From an uncultured Gammaproteobacteria bacterium (lineage in GTDB: Bacteria > Patescibacteriota > Microgenomatia > UBA12405 > BS750m-G30), in contig CAZAEB010000001.1 in NCBI GenBank assembly GCA_964484095.1, positions 1,655 through 65,654 on the forward strand: a stretch of 64,000 bases of DNA. The letters are read 5' to 3'. The position numbers and the translations under genes are program-made. Below, piece by piece: positions 1-8,281 of this stretch (its first letter is position 1; every line of letters begins with the position of its first letter). The notes beneath the pieces are model-generated. The model searched no databases. It saw only the letters and a program-made list of their open reading frames with translations, and had not been told where the DNA came from.

Positions 1-40
1 TCATTCTTTCTAGATGCGGTCAACTTGTATGTCTGGTTGG

Positions 41-1864
41 TTACTTTCTTTCCGACCTTCTTCTGTTTAGTTCTGTCAAAAACTTTTTTCTGAGTCGAAG
101 CGATTTTGGAGTAATTTCCAAAAGCTCATCTTTCTCGATAAAATCCAAACACTGTTCTAGGCTAAATATTGTTGGCGGGGTAAGCTGAATCACTCCATCT
201 GAAGATTTTGACCTCATGTTAGTCAACTGTTTTCCTTTGCAAACATTAATAGCAATATCATCATCTTTAGCATTCTTGCCAATTATCATTCCCTCATATA
301 CCTTAGTTCCGGGACTAATAAATATTATCCCTCTTCCTTGAGCAGCTTTAAGACCATAAGACAAAGTCTCTCCTGACTGTGAAGCAATCAAAACTCCGCT
401 TCTCATTCTCGGCATTGGCTTTCCAAGCGACTGGTAATCAATAACTTGAGAGCTAAAAATAACTGTTCCTTTGGTGGCAGTCATTAAAATGCTTCTTAGA
501 CCGATTATCGCTCGGGTAGGAACTCTATAAACAAACTCGGCCTCTCTTTCATTAATAGATTCTGTTTTGGCTAAAATCGCAAATCTTTTTCCCATTTCTT
601 GATTGATTATTCCTTGATATTCCTTTGGAACAATAATATCCATCTCCTCAATCGGCTCGCTGTTTACTCCGTCAATCTTTTTAACAATTACCTCAGGTTT
701 TTCCACCTCCATCTCATATCCTTCCCGTCTTAAGTTTTCCAAAAATACTGCCAAATGAAGTTCCCCTCTTCCAGAAATTTTAAATTTTCCGTCAGTTCTT
801 TTAACCACTTTAAGACTTAAGTTTTTTTCAAGTTCTTTATTCAGTCTTTCTTCAAGCTGTCTGCTGGTCACAAATTCTCCTTCTTTTCCGGAAAAAGGAG
901 AAGTATTAACTCCCAGAGTTAAATGGAGGGTTGGTTCGCCAACCTTAATAGTAGGCAGTGGCCATGTATCACCAGGTTCACAAATAGTATCACCAATTTT
1001 TGACTCAGAAATACCGGCGATGGTAACAATATCACCGGAACAAACTTTCTCGGCAACTATCTTGTCAAGTCCCCGAGAAACAAATATTTTTTCGGCCTTG
1101 AAAACCTGACTCTGACTACTTGACAAAATAAGCTTTTTTCCCGTTTCAATTACACCCTGATAAATTTTGCCGACAGACATTCTACCAAGATGTGGGTCAT
1201 AATCAAGAGCAGAAACGACCATTTTAAACGATTTTTTATCATTAGCATTTGGGGCAGGAATATAGTTGATAATCTTTTCCAGCAAAGGCTCAACTGTTGC
1301 CGGTTCGTTAAAATCTTCCGGCAAAACATCATAAACTCTTCCTCCTCTACCTACCGCATAAACGACAGGAAATTCAAGTTGATCTTCTCTAGTCACCAGC
1401 TCTAAAAACAAACTCTCCGTTTTTTGCAAAACATAGTCAACGCGAGCGAATGGTTTGTCTATTTTATTGACAACCACAACCGTTTTTAAGTCCAACTCTA
1501 AAGCTTTTTTCAAAACAAACCTGGTTTGTGGCATCGGGCCTTCCTGAGCATCAATAATAAGCAGTACCCCGTCAGCCATCCCCAAAGTTCGCTCCACTTC
1601 ACCGGAAAAATCAGAATGTCCGGGAGTATCAATGATATTAATTTTTACCCTTTTATAAGAAATTGCACAATTTTTGGCCATAATAGTAATTCCCCGTTCT
1701 TTTTCCTGATCATTGCTATCCAATATCCGCTCCTCCCCCATCTGTTGCTGATTATCACGAAAAACATGGGTTTGTTTAAGTAGCGCATCAATTAAAGTTG
1801 TCTTGCCATGATCAACATGGGCAATAAAAGCCACATTTCTGATAGATTTGTTTACTTTTTCCAT
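41..1864 (-). CDS. typA: GTP-binding protein TypA/BipA (translational GTPase)
   Basis: 607 aa. N-terminal G-domain motifs [14 protein letters not shown] and NKID. EF-G-like domains II-V follow. Ends with the TypA-type C-terminal domain. Confidence 0.9.
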   Translation of the reverse strand: MEKVNKSIRNVAFIAHVDHGKTTLIDALLKQTHVFRDNQQQMGEERILDSNDQEKERGITIMAKNCAISYKRVKINIIDTPGHSDFSGEVERTLGMADGVLLIIDAQEGPMPQTRFVLKKALELDLKTVVVVNKIDKPFARVDYVLQKTESLFLELVTREDQLEFPVVYAVGRGGRVYDVLPEDFNEPATVEPLLEKIINYIPAPNANDKKSFKMVVSALDYDPHLGRMSVGKIYQGVIETGKKLILSSSQSQVFKAEKIFVSRGLDKIVAEKVCSGDIVTIAGISESKIGDTICEPGDTWPLPTIKVGEPTLHLTLGVNTSPFSGKEGEFVTSRQLEERLNKELEKNLSLKVVKRTDGKFKISGRGELHLAVFLENLRREGYEMEVEKPEVIVKKIDGVNSEPIEEMDIIVPKEYQGIINQEMGKRFAILAKTESINEREAEFVYRVPTRAIIGLRSILMTATKGTVIFSSQVIDYQSLGKPMPRMRSGVLIASQSGETLSYGLKAAQGRGIIFISPGTKVYEGMIIGKNAKDDDIAINVCKGKQLTNMRSKSSDGVIQLTPPTIFSLEQCLDFIEKDELLEITPKSLRLRKKFLTELNRRRSERK

Positions 1865-1954
1865 AATAATACCCCCAGTTTTAATAGGAGAGATGATATT
1901 TTACCAGTATAAAGCTAAAAAAGCGAACAAATTTCAATAAAATCTCTATTGCGC

Positions 1955-2287
1955 TCACACAGAAGCATTTATTTTGCCAAACCGCCTAAAAACCACCTCT
2001 TGAGCCAGTAAAAATAAACCAAATCTTAGGCTGTCCTCTGCCGGATAAGATCCAGACTCAACGCAGACCTCAAGACCTGTCACAAAAGAATCAGGTTTTT
2101 CTGGATATACTTTGGCATTAAAAGCAGAATTAATATACGCAGTGGCACGAACAGTATTTGCCACAGAGCTATTGGTCATTTCCAATAAACCTTCCACAAC
2201 CGCAGGAAAACCTTTAATTGCGTGATTTGCTGCCATTTTTAAAATTCCATTCTTTTTAGCCGAATCTCCGGAAGATAAAGAAAACAC
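1955..2287 (-). CDS. hypothetical protein, C-terminal portion of a gene interrupted by an in-frame TGA
   Basis: 110-aa ORF whose first codon is GTG (2285-2287). It is in the same frame as upstream ORF 2318..2500, separated only by TGA (2318-2320) plus 10 sense codons. Confidence 0.4.
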   Translation of the reverse strand: MFSLSSGDSAKKNGILKMAANHAIKGFPAVVEGLLEMTNSSVANTVRATAYINSAFNAKVYPEKPDSFVTGLEVCVESGSYPAEDSLRFGLFLLAQEVVFRRFGKINASV

Positions 2288-2317
2288 CTCCTCAATATAA
2301 CCCCTTGCGATACAAAG

Positions 2318-2500
2318 TCATTCAGTTGGATCACAACCGTTAGTTATGTCTGGATTTATTGCTACCACATACTTATTTAACTCTTGAGAAATTGCAAAAG
2401 TAAGTCCCTCTCTAACTACATGTTGAGGATTAAACCAAACATCAAGTATTACCTTTTCTCTATTACAATCCACCTCTGTTTTTTCAGTCTCCGGTCCCAT
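2318..2500 (-). CDS. hypothetical protein, N-terminal portion of a gene interrupted by an in-frame TGA
   Basis: 60-aa ORF MGPETEKTEVDCNREK...NGCDPTE followed by TGA. The ATG at 2498-2500 lies 7 nt downstream of a minus-strand TATAAT (2508-2513). Confidence 0.4.
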   Translation of the reverse strand: MGPETEKTEVDCNREKVILDVWFNPQHVVREGLTFAISQELNKYVVAINPDITNGCDPTE

Positions 2501-2507
2501 AAGTAAA

Positions 2508-2516
2508 ATTATACAC
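2508..2516 (-). promoter_or_regulatory. -10 element (gtgTATAAT), 7 nt upstream of the ATG at 2500; leaderless-type promoter
   Basis: Minus-strand TATAAT equals plus-strand attata at 2508-2513. The spacing to the start codon matches a TSS at or next to the A of the ATG. Confidence 0.4.
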
Positions 2517-2565
2517 CATCTAAAAACTATTTTAAAAATTCCCCCTAAAACTTTTCATAAACATC

Positions 2566-2574
2566 TGCTACAAT
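2566..2574 (+). promoter_or_regulatory. extended -10 (TGcTACAAT), 6 nt upstream of the ATG at 2581; leaderless-type promoter
   Basis: tgctacaat at 2566-2574. Divergent from the minus-strand promoter at 2508. Confidence 0.4.
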
Positions 2575-2580
2575 TAGCCT

Positions 2581-3255
2581 ATGAAAAATATAAAAAACAA
2601 AACCAACCCCGGAAAGACCAGTAAAAAAAGTAAGAGTTCTGTTAAAATGATTAGTTTAAAAATTGATAAAAAGAATCTTCCTCAGTATTTGATTAAGGTG
2701 GCAATTTTGGCAATAGTTTTGGGAGCTCTTTATTACTTTAGAGGCCAGTTTATTGTTGCTACAGTTAACAATCGGCCCATTTCAAGAATTGCTCTTGTTA
2801 AAGAACTTGAAACTCAAGCAGGAAAAAGAACTCTGGATAGTTTGATAATAAACGCTCTTGTTTTGCAGGAAGGTAAAAAACAAGGAATCGTGTTGACTGA
2901 CGAGCAGATAGCGATAGAGATTGAGGCCATTTCTCAAAATCTGTCCGCCCAAGGACAGAGCCTAGAGGTTGCTCTAGCCGCCCAGGGAATGACCCGGCAA
3001 GGGCTGGAAAAACAAATCCTCATTCAAAAAACTGCTGAAGGAATAGTTAAAGATAACATTGAGATTACCGACGAGGAGGTTGATCAGTATATTGAAGAAA
3101 ATAAAGAATACATTCCTACTGACATGAGTGAGGAAGAAGTTATAAATAGCTCCAAACAACAACTTGAACAGCAGAAAATGAATACAGAAATCCAGACCTT
3201 AATAGAAAAACTGCAAAAAGAAGCCAATATAAATCATCTTTTGTATAAAAACTAA
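2581..3255 (+). CDS. SurA N-terminal-domain chaperone-like protein (PpiD/PrsA-like, without PPIase domain)
   Basis: 224 aa. Lys-rich N-terminus and one TM helix (LIKVAILAIVLGALYYF). A SurA_N-like segment follows (ATVNNRPISRIALVKELETQAGKRTLDSLIINALVLQEGKKQGI). The C-terminus is an acidic coiled-coil. Confidence 0.6.
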   Translation: MKNIKNKTNPGKTSKKSKSSVKMISLKIDKKNLPQYLIKVAILAIVLGALYYFRGQFIVATVNNRPISRIALVKELETQAGKRTLDSLIINALVLQEGKKQGIVLTDEQIAIEIEAISQNLSAQGQSLEVALAAQGMTRQGLEKQILIQKTAEGIVKDNIEITDEEVDQYIEENKEYIPTDMSEEEVINSSKQQLEQQKMNTEIQTLIEKLQKEANINHLLYKN

Positions 3256-3264
3256 ATCCAGTCA

Positions 3265-3885
3265 ATGGATAAAAAAATCAGCACCGGAGTTTTTTTGTTA
3301 ATGGTTTTACTACTTGGCTTTCTGCTCTTTAGTAAAAGATCAAAAAATAACTCTCAGGTTATAAAGCCCGAAAATATTCAAGGTATAGTTAACATTGAAC
3401 CCACTAAAAAGGAGACAAATATGCCAGAAATAACCATTGATCAAAACAAAAAATATGCCGCCTTACTAAAAACAGATAAGGGAGAGATTGAGATTGCTCT
3501 TTTTGTCGATAAAACGCCAATAACTGTCAATAATTTTGTTACTCTTTCCAATAAAAACTTTTATAATGGAACTGTATTTCATAGAATAATAAAAGGATTT
3601 ATGATCCAAGGGGGCGACCCAGAAGGCAACGGCAGTGGCGGGCCTGGGTACAAATTCGACGACGAACCATTTGAGGGAGAGTATGAAAGAGGAACAGTTG
3701 CTATGGCCAATGCCGGGCCTAACACCAATGGTAGCCAGTTTTTCATTATGCACCAAGACTATGGTCTGCCTAAAGATTATGTAATTTTTGGAAAAGTCAT
3801 AAAAGGAATAGAAGTTGTCGACAAAATCGCCAATTCCCCAGCTGAGCCAACGGTAATCGAGTCGGTAAAAATAGCCGAAAAATAA
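3265..3885 (+). CDS. ppiB: cyclophilin-type peptidyl-prolyl cis-trans isomerase, membrane-anchored
   Basis: 206 aa. N-terminal TM helix. Cyclophilin core FHRIIKGFMIQGGDPEGNGSGGPGYKFDDE...MANAGPNTNGSQFFI. Confidence 0.85.
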   Translation: MDKKISTGVFLLMVLLLGFLLFSKRSKNNSQVIKPENIQGIVNIEPTKKETNMPEITIDQNKKYAALLKTDKGEIEIALFVDKTPITVNNFVTLSNKNFYNGTVFHRIIKGFMIQGGDPEGNGSGGPGYKFDDEPFEGEYERGTVAMANAGPNTNGSQFFIMHQDYGLPKDYVIFGKVIKGIEVVDKIANSPAEPTVIESVKIAEK

Positions 3886-3887
3886 GT

Positions 3888-4847
3888 TTAAAAACTTGAT
3901 AAAATTTTTCCAACTTCTTTACTACTTTTAGCCTCTAAAAGCTTAATCTTTAACGCTTTTGCCCCATCAAATCCTTTTACATAACGAGCAAAATGTTTGC
4001 GAACTGTTACGAAACTTTCAGGGTCATAAAACTTAGCTACTTTGTCAGCGTGAATCCGTACCGTCTTTAAAATCTCCCCAACACTGGGTTTGTAGTCCCT
4101 TTTAAAAGCCCAAGGGTTTCCCCAAGCTCCTCTGCCAATCAAAACCCCGTCCAAACCATATTCACGAGAATATTTTTCTGCCCAGTCTATCGACTTAACT
4201 CCTCCGTTTCCCAAACATAAAATCCCCTTATTTTTAAGAATTTTTCTTGCCTTGCCAATCTCTTTCCAGTCTACCGGGCCAGAATGTTTGTTTTTTAACA
4301 ATCTGCCATGAACGGTTATCAGCGACAAGGGAAACTGGGATAAAAACCCAATCCATTTTTTAACTGCCGGCTCTTTTACTCCAATTCTAGTTTTCACCGA
4401 CAAAGGAAGCTGTTTTCCTGAATCTTTGATTGCCTTAAGCGAATTTTGAATTATCTCCTCTGCCAATAAGTAGTTACCAATAAGTCCTCCGCCGCTTTTT
4501 CTATCAACTTGCCTTTTTGCCGGACAGCCCATATTAATATCGATCCCGGAAAAACCAAGCCTGGCTATTTTTTTCACCGCCAGGTAAAAATCTGCCGGGG
4601 TGCATCCATAAACTTGAGCAATAATTGGCTGCTCGTTTTTTAAAAACGAAATTTTTCTTTCAAATGGCTCGGGGTTTCTTAAAAAACCTTCAACACTGAC
4701 AAACTCGGTAAAAAAAACATCGGGCTTGGCAATACTAACCTGAATTTGGCGCATTGGCCGATCAGTAATTCCATCCATAGGAGACAAGCCAACAATCGGT
4801 CTTTTTAGACTTTTCCAAAAGTTTGCCATATTAAGAAAGTTTGTCAA
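3888..4847 (-). CDS. dus: tRNA-dihydrouridine synthase
   Basis: 319 aa. Motifs LSPMDGITD, IDINMGCP and KTRIG. The true start may be the internal Met at 4829, which would avoid the overlap with gltX. Confidence 0.85.
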   Translation of the reverse strand: MTNFLNMANFWKSLKRPIVGLSPMDGITDRPMRQIQVSIAKPDVFFTEFVSVEGFLRNPEPFERKISFLKNEQPIIAQVYGCTPADFYLAVKKIARLGFSGIDINMGCPAKRQVDRKSGGGLIGNYLLAEEIIQNSLKAIKDSGKQLPLSVKTRIGVKEPAVKKWIGFLSQFPLSLITVHGRLLKNKHSGPVDWKEIGKARKILKNKGILCLGNGGVKSIDWAEKYSREYGLDGVLIGRGAWGNPWAFKRDYKPSVGEILKTVRIHADKVAKFYDPESFVTVRKHFARYVKGFDGAKALKIKLLEAKSSKEVGKILSSF

Positions 4848-6264
4848 TCGCTTTAGAAAGCCTACTCATAGTTGTTTTCTTGCCCAAAACAGGCAGTGAC
4901 TCTAAAACCGGCGGAGTAATCGGTTTTCCGCAAATAGCCACTCTAAAAACCATAAAAAACTTCCCCGTATGCCAGTTATTGTCTTTAATGAAAGAAAGAA
5001 GTTTCTGCTGAAGAGCTTCAAAATCATCAACCCCTAACGCTTCTACTGCACTAATTGATTTATCCAGCATTTTTTTGACATCTTTTTTCTCTAGTCCTTT
5101 ACCAAGCAAAAGATCTTTCGAATAGTCGACCTCCTGCCATAAAAAATCCAAAAGTTCGGTAGCTTCTGATAAGGTTTTAATTCTTTCTTTTATCAAAGGA
5201 GCAATTTTGTTAATCTTTTGCTTTTCTAATTTAGGCAAAAATGGCTCCAAAAGCTCAGACAACTGTTCATCAGACTTGGCTCTGATATATTCTCCATTCA
5301 TCCATTCAAGTTTCTTAAGATCAAAAACCGGTCCCAAAGGAGAGACATCTTTTAAGTTAAATAAATCTATAAACTCATCTAGAGAAAAAATTTCCTTCTC
5401 TTTGGGATGAGACCAGCCAAGCAAGGCCAGGAAGTTTAAAAGAGCCTCGGGCAAAAATCCTTTTTCTTTATACCAAGAAAGGTTGGTATGGCCTTGTCTT
5501 TTACCCATCTTGCTTTTGTCAGAATTTCTTAAAATCGGGGTGTGGAAAAATATCGGCGCTTTCCAGTCAAAATATCGATAAAGCAAGACATGTTTTGGGA
5601 CCGACGACAACCACTCTTCTCCGCGAACAATATGAGATATTTGCATCAAATGATCATCAACAACAGCTGCCAGATGGTAAGTGGGAAAACCGTCTGATTT
5701 TAACAAAACCTGATCGTCAATAATATTGCTGTCAAAAACAATTTTGCCACGAATAAGGTCAAAAACTTCAATTTTTTCATTATCAGGAATTTTCATCCTA
5801 ATTACATAATTTTCTCCGGCAGATATTCTCTCTTCGACTTCTTTTTTAGACAAATTTCGGCAATAACGGTCGTAACGAGGCATTTTTTTCTTAGCCCGTT
5901 GATCTTTTCTAACTTTTTCCAATCTTTCTTGAGAGCAAAAGCAGTAATACGCTTTTTGCCCGTCAATTAGTTTTTGGGCATATTTTTTGTATATATCAAG
6001 TCTTTCTGACTGTCTGTACGGTCCAAATTTCCCACCCAATAAAGGGCTCTCGTCGGGGACAAGTCCTAACCAGTCAAGTCCCTCATATAAATTTTCTTCC
6101 GCTCCTTCAACTTTTCTTTTTTGATCAGTATCTTCTATCCTAACAATAAATGTGCCGCTGTGTTTTTTTGCATATGCCCAATCAAAAAGAACCTGATAAA
6201 CACTACCCATGTGAATGAACCCTGTCGGGCTGGGAGCAAACCTGGTTCTTACTTTTTTATCCAT
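4831..6264 (-). CDS. gltX: glutamyl-tRNA synthetase
   Basis: 477 aa. RFAPSPTGFIHMGS (HIGH-type motif). KMGKRQ (KMSKS-type motif). Class I catalytic core. Confidence 0.9.
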   Translation of the reverse strand: MDKKVRTRFAPSPTGFIHMGSVYQVLFDWAYAKKHSGTFIVRIEDTDQKRKVEGAEENLYEGLDWLGLVPDESPLLGGKFGPYRQSERLDIYKKYAQKLIDGQKAYYCFCSQERLEKVRKDQRAKKKMPRYDRYCRNLSKKEVEERISAGENYVIRMKIPDNEKIEVFDLIRGKIVFDSNIIDDQVLLKSDGFPTYHLAAVVDDHLMQISHIVRGEEWLSSVPKHVLLYRYFDWKAPIFFHTPILRNSDKSKMGKRQGHTNLSWYKEKGFLPEALLNFLALLGWSHPKEKEIFSLDEFIDLFNLKDVSPLGPVFDLKKLEWMNGEYIRAKSDEQLSELLEPFLPKLEKQKINKIAPLIKERIKTLSEATELLDFLWQEVDYSKDLLLGKGLEKKDVKKMLDKSISAVEALGVDDFEALQQKLLSFIKDNNWHTGKFFMVFRVAICGKPITPPVLESLPVLGKKTTMSRLSKAIDKLS

Positions 6265-6288
6265 CGATTGAATTTTAACATATTCGAT

Positions 6289-6297
6289 TGATATACT
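6289..6297 (+). promoter_or_regulatory. extended -10 (TGaTATACT), 7 nt upstream of the ATG at 6305; leaderless-type
   Basis: tgatatact at 6289-6297. Confidence 0.4.
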
Positions 6298-6304
6298 GGT
6301 TAGA

Positions 6305-7360
6305 ATGAACGACCTAACTACAACCGCCTACTGGACCCGAAGGATGGTTAAGTATTCTGCCGTTTTTATTATTGTTTTTTTTGTGCTCAAATCAGCTGTC
6401 GGTATAATTACCACCTACTGGAAACAAAAAAACCCTCCTGAGCTTTCCCCACCCGATGTTGCTTTTGGCCAGCTTCCTAATATCGTCAAGCCAAAACAAG
6501 GAATTGACCAACCAGACAATTTTGTTCTAGAAACAATTGACGGCAGTCTACCGTCAATGCCTGAGCAGGCAAAAGTTTACTTTATTTCTTCCCAAGCGCC
6601 AAAATTTCTTGCCTTGGAAAATGCTACAAAAATCGCTAATTCACTTAATTTTTTTAGCGAACCGGAAAAGATAAACGAAAGTCTGTACCGCTACCACAAC
6701 CAAACTGACAACACCACCCTAACCATTAACCCCCTAACAAAATCACTTAAATTCGAATATCCATTTTTAAAGGATCAGACATTGACCGGTTTTAGACTAA
6801 CCTCCCAAGAAAAAGCTATCTCTACCGCTGACAACTTTTTGGGAAAAATAAGCCAAGATAACAGTGATCTTCTTTCCCAACCAGCTGAAGTAATCTTAAA
6901 AAAACTAACCCCCACAGAGTTGGTATCAGCCCCCTCAATCTCAGAGGCTAATATTGCTCAAATAAACTACTCCAGAGGTTTAATAGAGGAAAAATTTCCA
7001 ATCTATTCTCCCAATCTTGACAAACCCAACGTTTATGTCATTGTAACCGAATCTTCCAGTAGTAAAAAACAGGTTGTTGAAGCAAGCTACAACCACTTTT
7101 TTATCGACCAAGAAAAATTTGCTACTTATCCTTTAAAACCGATTTCCCAAGCTTGGGAAGAGCTAAAAAGAAAAGAGTATCTACTGGCAAAGATTGAAAA
7201 TACTTTCAATGAAGGCCCTTTAGCAATAAGAAGTGTAGAGCTTGGCTATTTTGACCCAAAAATCCCCACCAATTTTTTGCAACCGATATACATCTTTAAA
7301 GGAGACTATCAATTTTTTGGTTTCGTTCCTGCCATCTCAGTTGAGTGGCTCAGCAACTAA
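6305..7360 (+). CDS. hypothetical membrane-anchored extracytoplasmic protein
   Basis: 351 aa. One N-terminal TM helix (YSAVFIIVFFVLKSAVGIITTYW), then a large, Ser/Asn/Pro-rich, presumably secreted domain. No recognisable catalytic motif. The 3' end overlaps convergent dacA by 24 nt. Confidence 0.5.
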   Translation: MNDLTTTAYWTRRMVKYSAVFIIVFFVLKSAVGIITTYWKQKNPPELSPPDVAFGQLPNIVKPKQGIDQPDNFVLETIDGSLPSMPEQAKVYFISSQAPKFLALENATKIANSLNFFSEPEKINESLYRYHNQTDNTTLTINPLTKSLKFEYPFLKDQTLTGFRLTSQEKAISTADNFLGKISQDNSDLLSQPAEVILKKLTPTELVSAPSISEANIAQINYSRGLIEEKFPIYSPNLDKPNVYVIVTESSSSKKQVVEASYNHFFIDQEKFATYPLKPISQAWEELKRKEYLLAKIENTFNEGPLAIRSVELGYFDPKIPTNFLQPIYIFKGDYQFFGFVPAISVEWLSN

Positions 7361-8281
7361 AGTCCAGGAAACATTTTTTTTCACCCAATCGAGAAGAATC
7401 TTGGTTTCGCTAAACCGATCATTACTACCCAAAATAACGGCGATTAATCCTCTTGTTTTCTCAAGATCTTGAAATTGAAAATAACTGACAAAACATTCCC
7501 CTGCCTGATTTGTCCAACCAGTTTTCAATCCCTTAATTTCCGGTATTACCCCTAAAAGCTGATTGGTGGTTTCTAGCTTGTGTTCAATCGTGCCACTAAT
7601 ATCTCTAACCACCGCGCTGTCAACCTCGATAATTGTTGAAAGAAGCTCGTTCTCTAAAAGCAATCTTGATAATCTGGCAATATCCAGAGCAGTCGCATAG
7701 TGATCCAGATCTTCCTCACCATCAAAGTTGGAAAAATGGGTTCGGGAAAAACCAAGATCAATCGCTTTTTGATTCATCGCCTCAATAAATTTTTCCACTC
7801 CTCCAGGATAATTATCGGCCAAAACAAAAGCGGCATCATTAGCTGAATGAACCATGAGCCCAAGATAAAGATCAAAAACTGTAAGCTTTTCCCCTTCTTG
7901 CAAACCCATATTTCTCCCTACCAAATACTCTCTTTTTACCTCCAATAACTGATCTTTGGAATAATAATCCATGGAAACTAGGGCAGTCATTATTTTTGTG
8001 ATAGACGCAGGAGCCAAGGAAACGTTTTCGTTTTGAGATAACAAAATCGCTCCCGAATCTACATCAACAATAAGAAACGAGCGGGCAGATAAATTAACAA
8101 TTGACGCTTCAGGATCAACTATCGGCTGATCTACAGGGGCAAACTCAATCAAATATTCATCAGTTATTACTTCTCTTAAAACCGACCTATCTTTCCCAGA
8201 AAGGAAAAACATTAAAATAACAAGGAAAAGGGCCAAAAACAAAAATCTATTAGAGGAAAACATTTTCAAAAACCGCTTCAT
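7337..8281 (-). CDS. dacA: D-alanyl-D-alanine carboxypeptidase (serine peptidase S11, PBP5-like)
   Basis: 314 aa. Signal/TM N-terminus. Active-site SITK (SxxK) motif followed by SAN. 4-nt overlap with aspS. Confidence 0.8.
   Translation of the reverse strand: MKRFLKMFSSNRFLFLALFLVILMFFLSGKDRSVLREVITDEYLIEFAPVDQPIVDPEASIVNLSARSFLIVDVDSGAILLSQNENVSLAPASITKIMTALVSMDYYSKDQLLEVKREYLVGRNMGLQEGEKLTVFDLYLGLMVHSANDAAFVLADNYPGGVEKFIEAMNQKAIDLGFSRTHFSNFDGEEDLDHYATALDIARLSRLLLENELLSTIIEVDSAVVRDISGTIEHKLETTNQLLGVIPEIKGLKTGWTNQAGECFVSYFQFQDLEKTRGLIAVILGSNDRFSETKILLDWVKKNVSWTLVAEPLN

Noticed and set aside
2288-2320. Selenocysteine insertion at the TGA
   Set aside because: No obvious SECIS-like hairpin lies immediately 3' of the codon, and no sel genes are visible in the window. 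Reduced genomes of this type are not known to encode selenoproteins. It is kept only as a low-probability option inside the finding.
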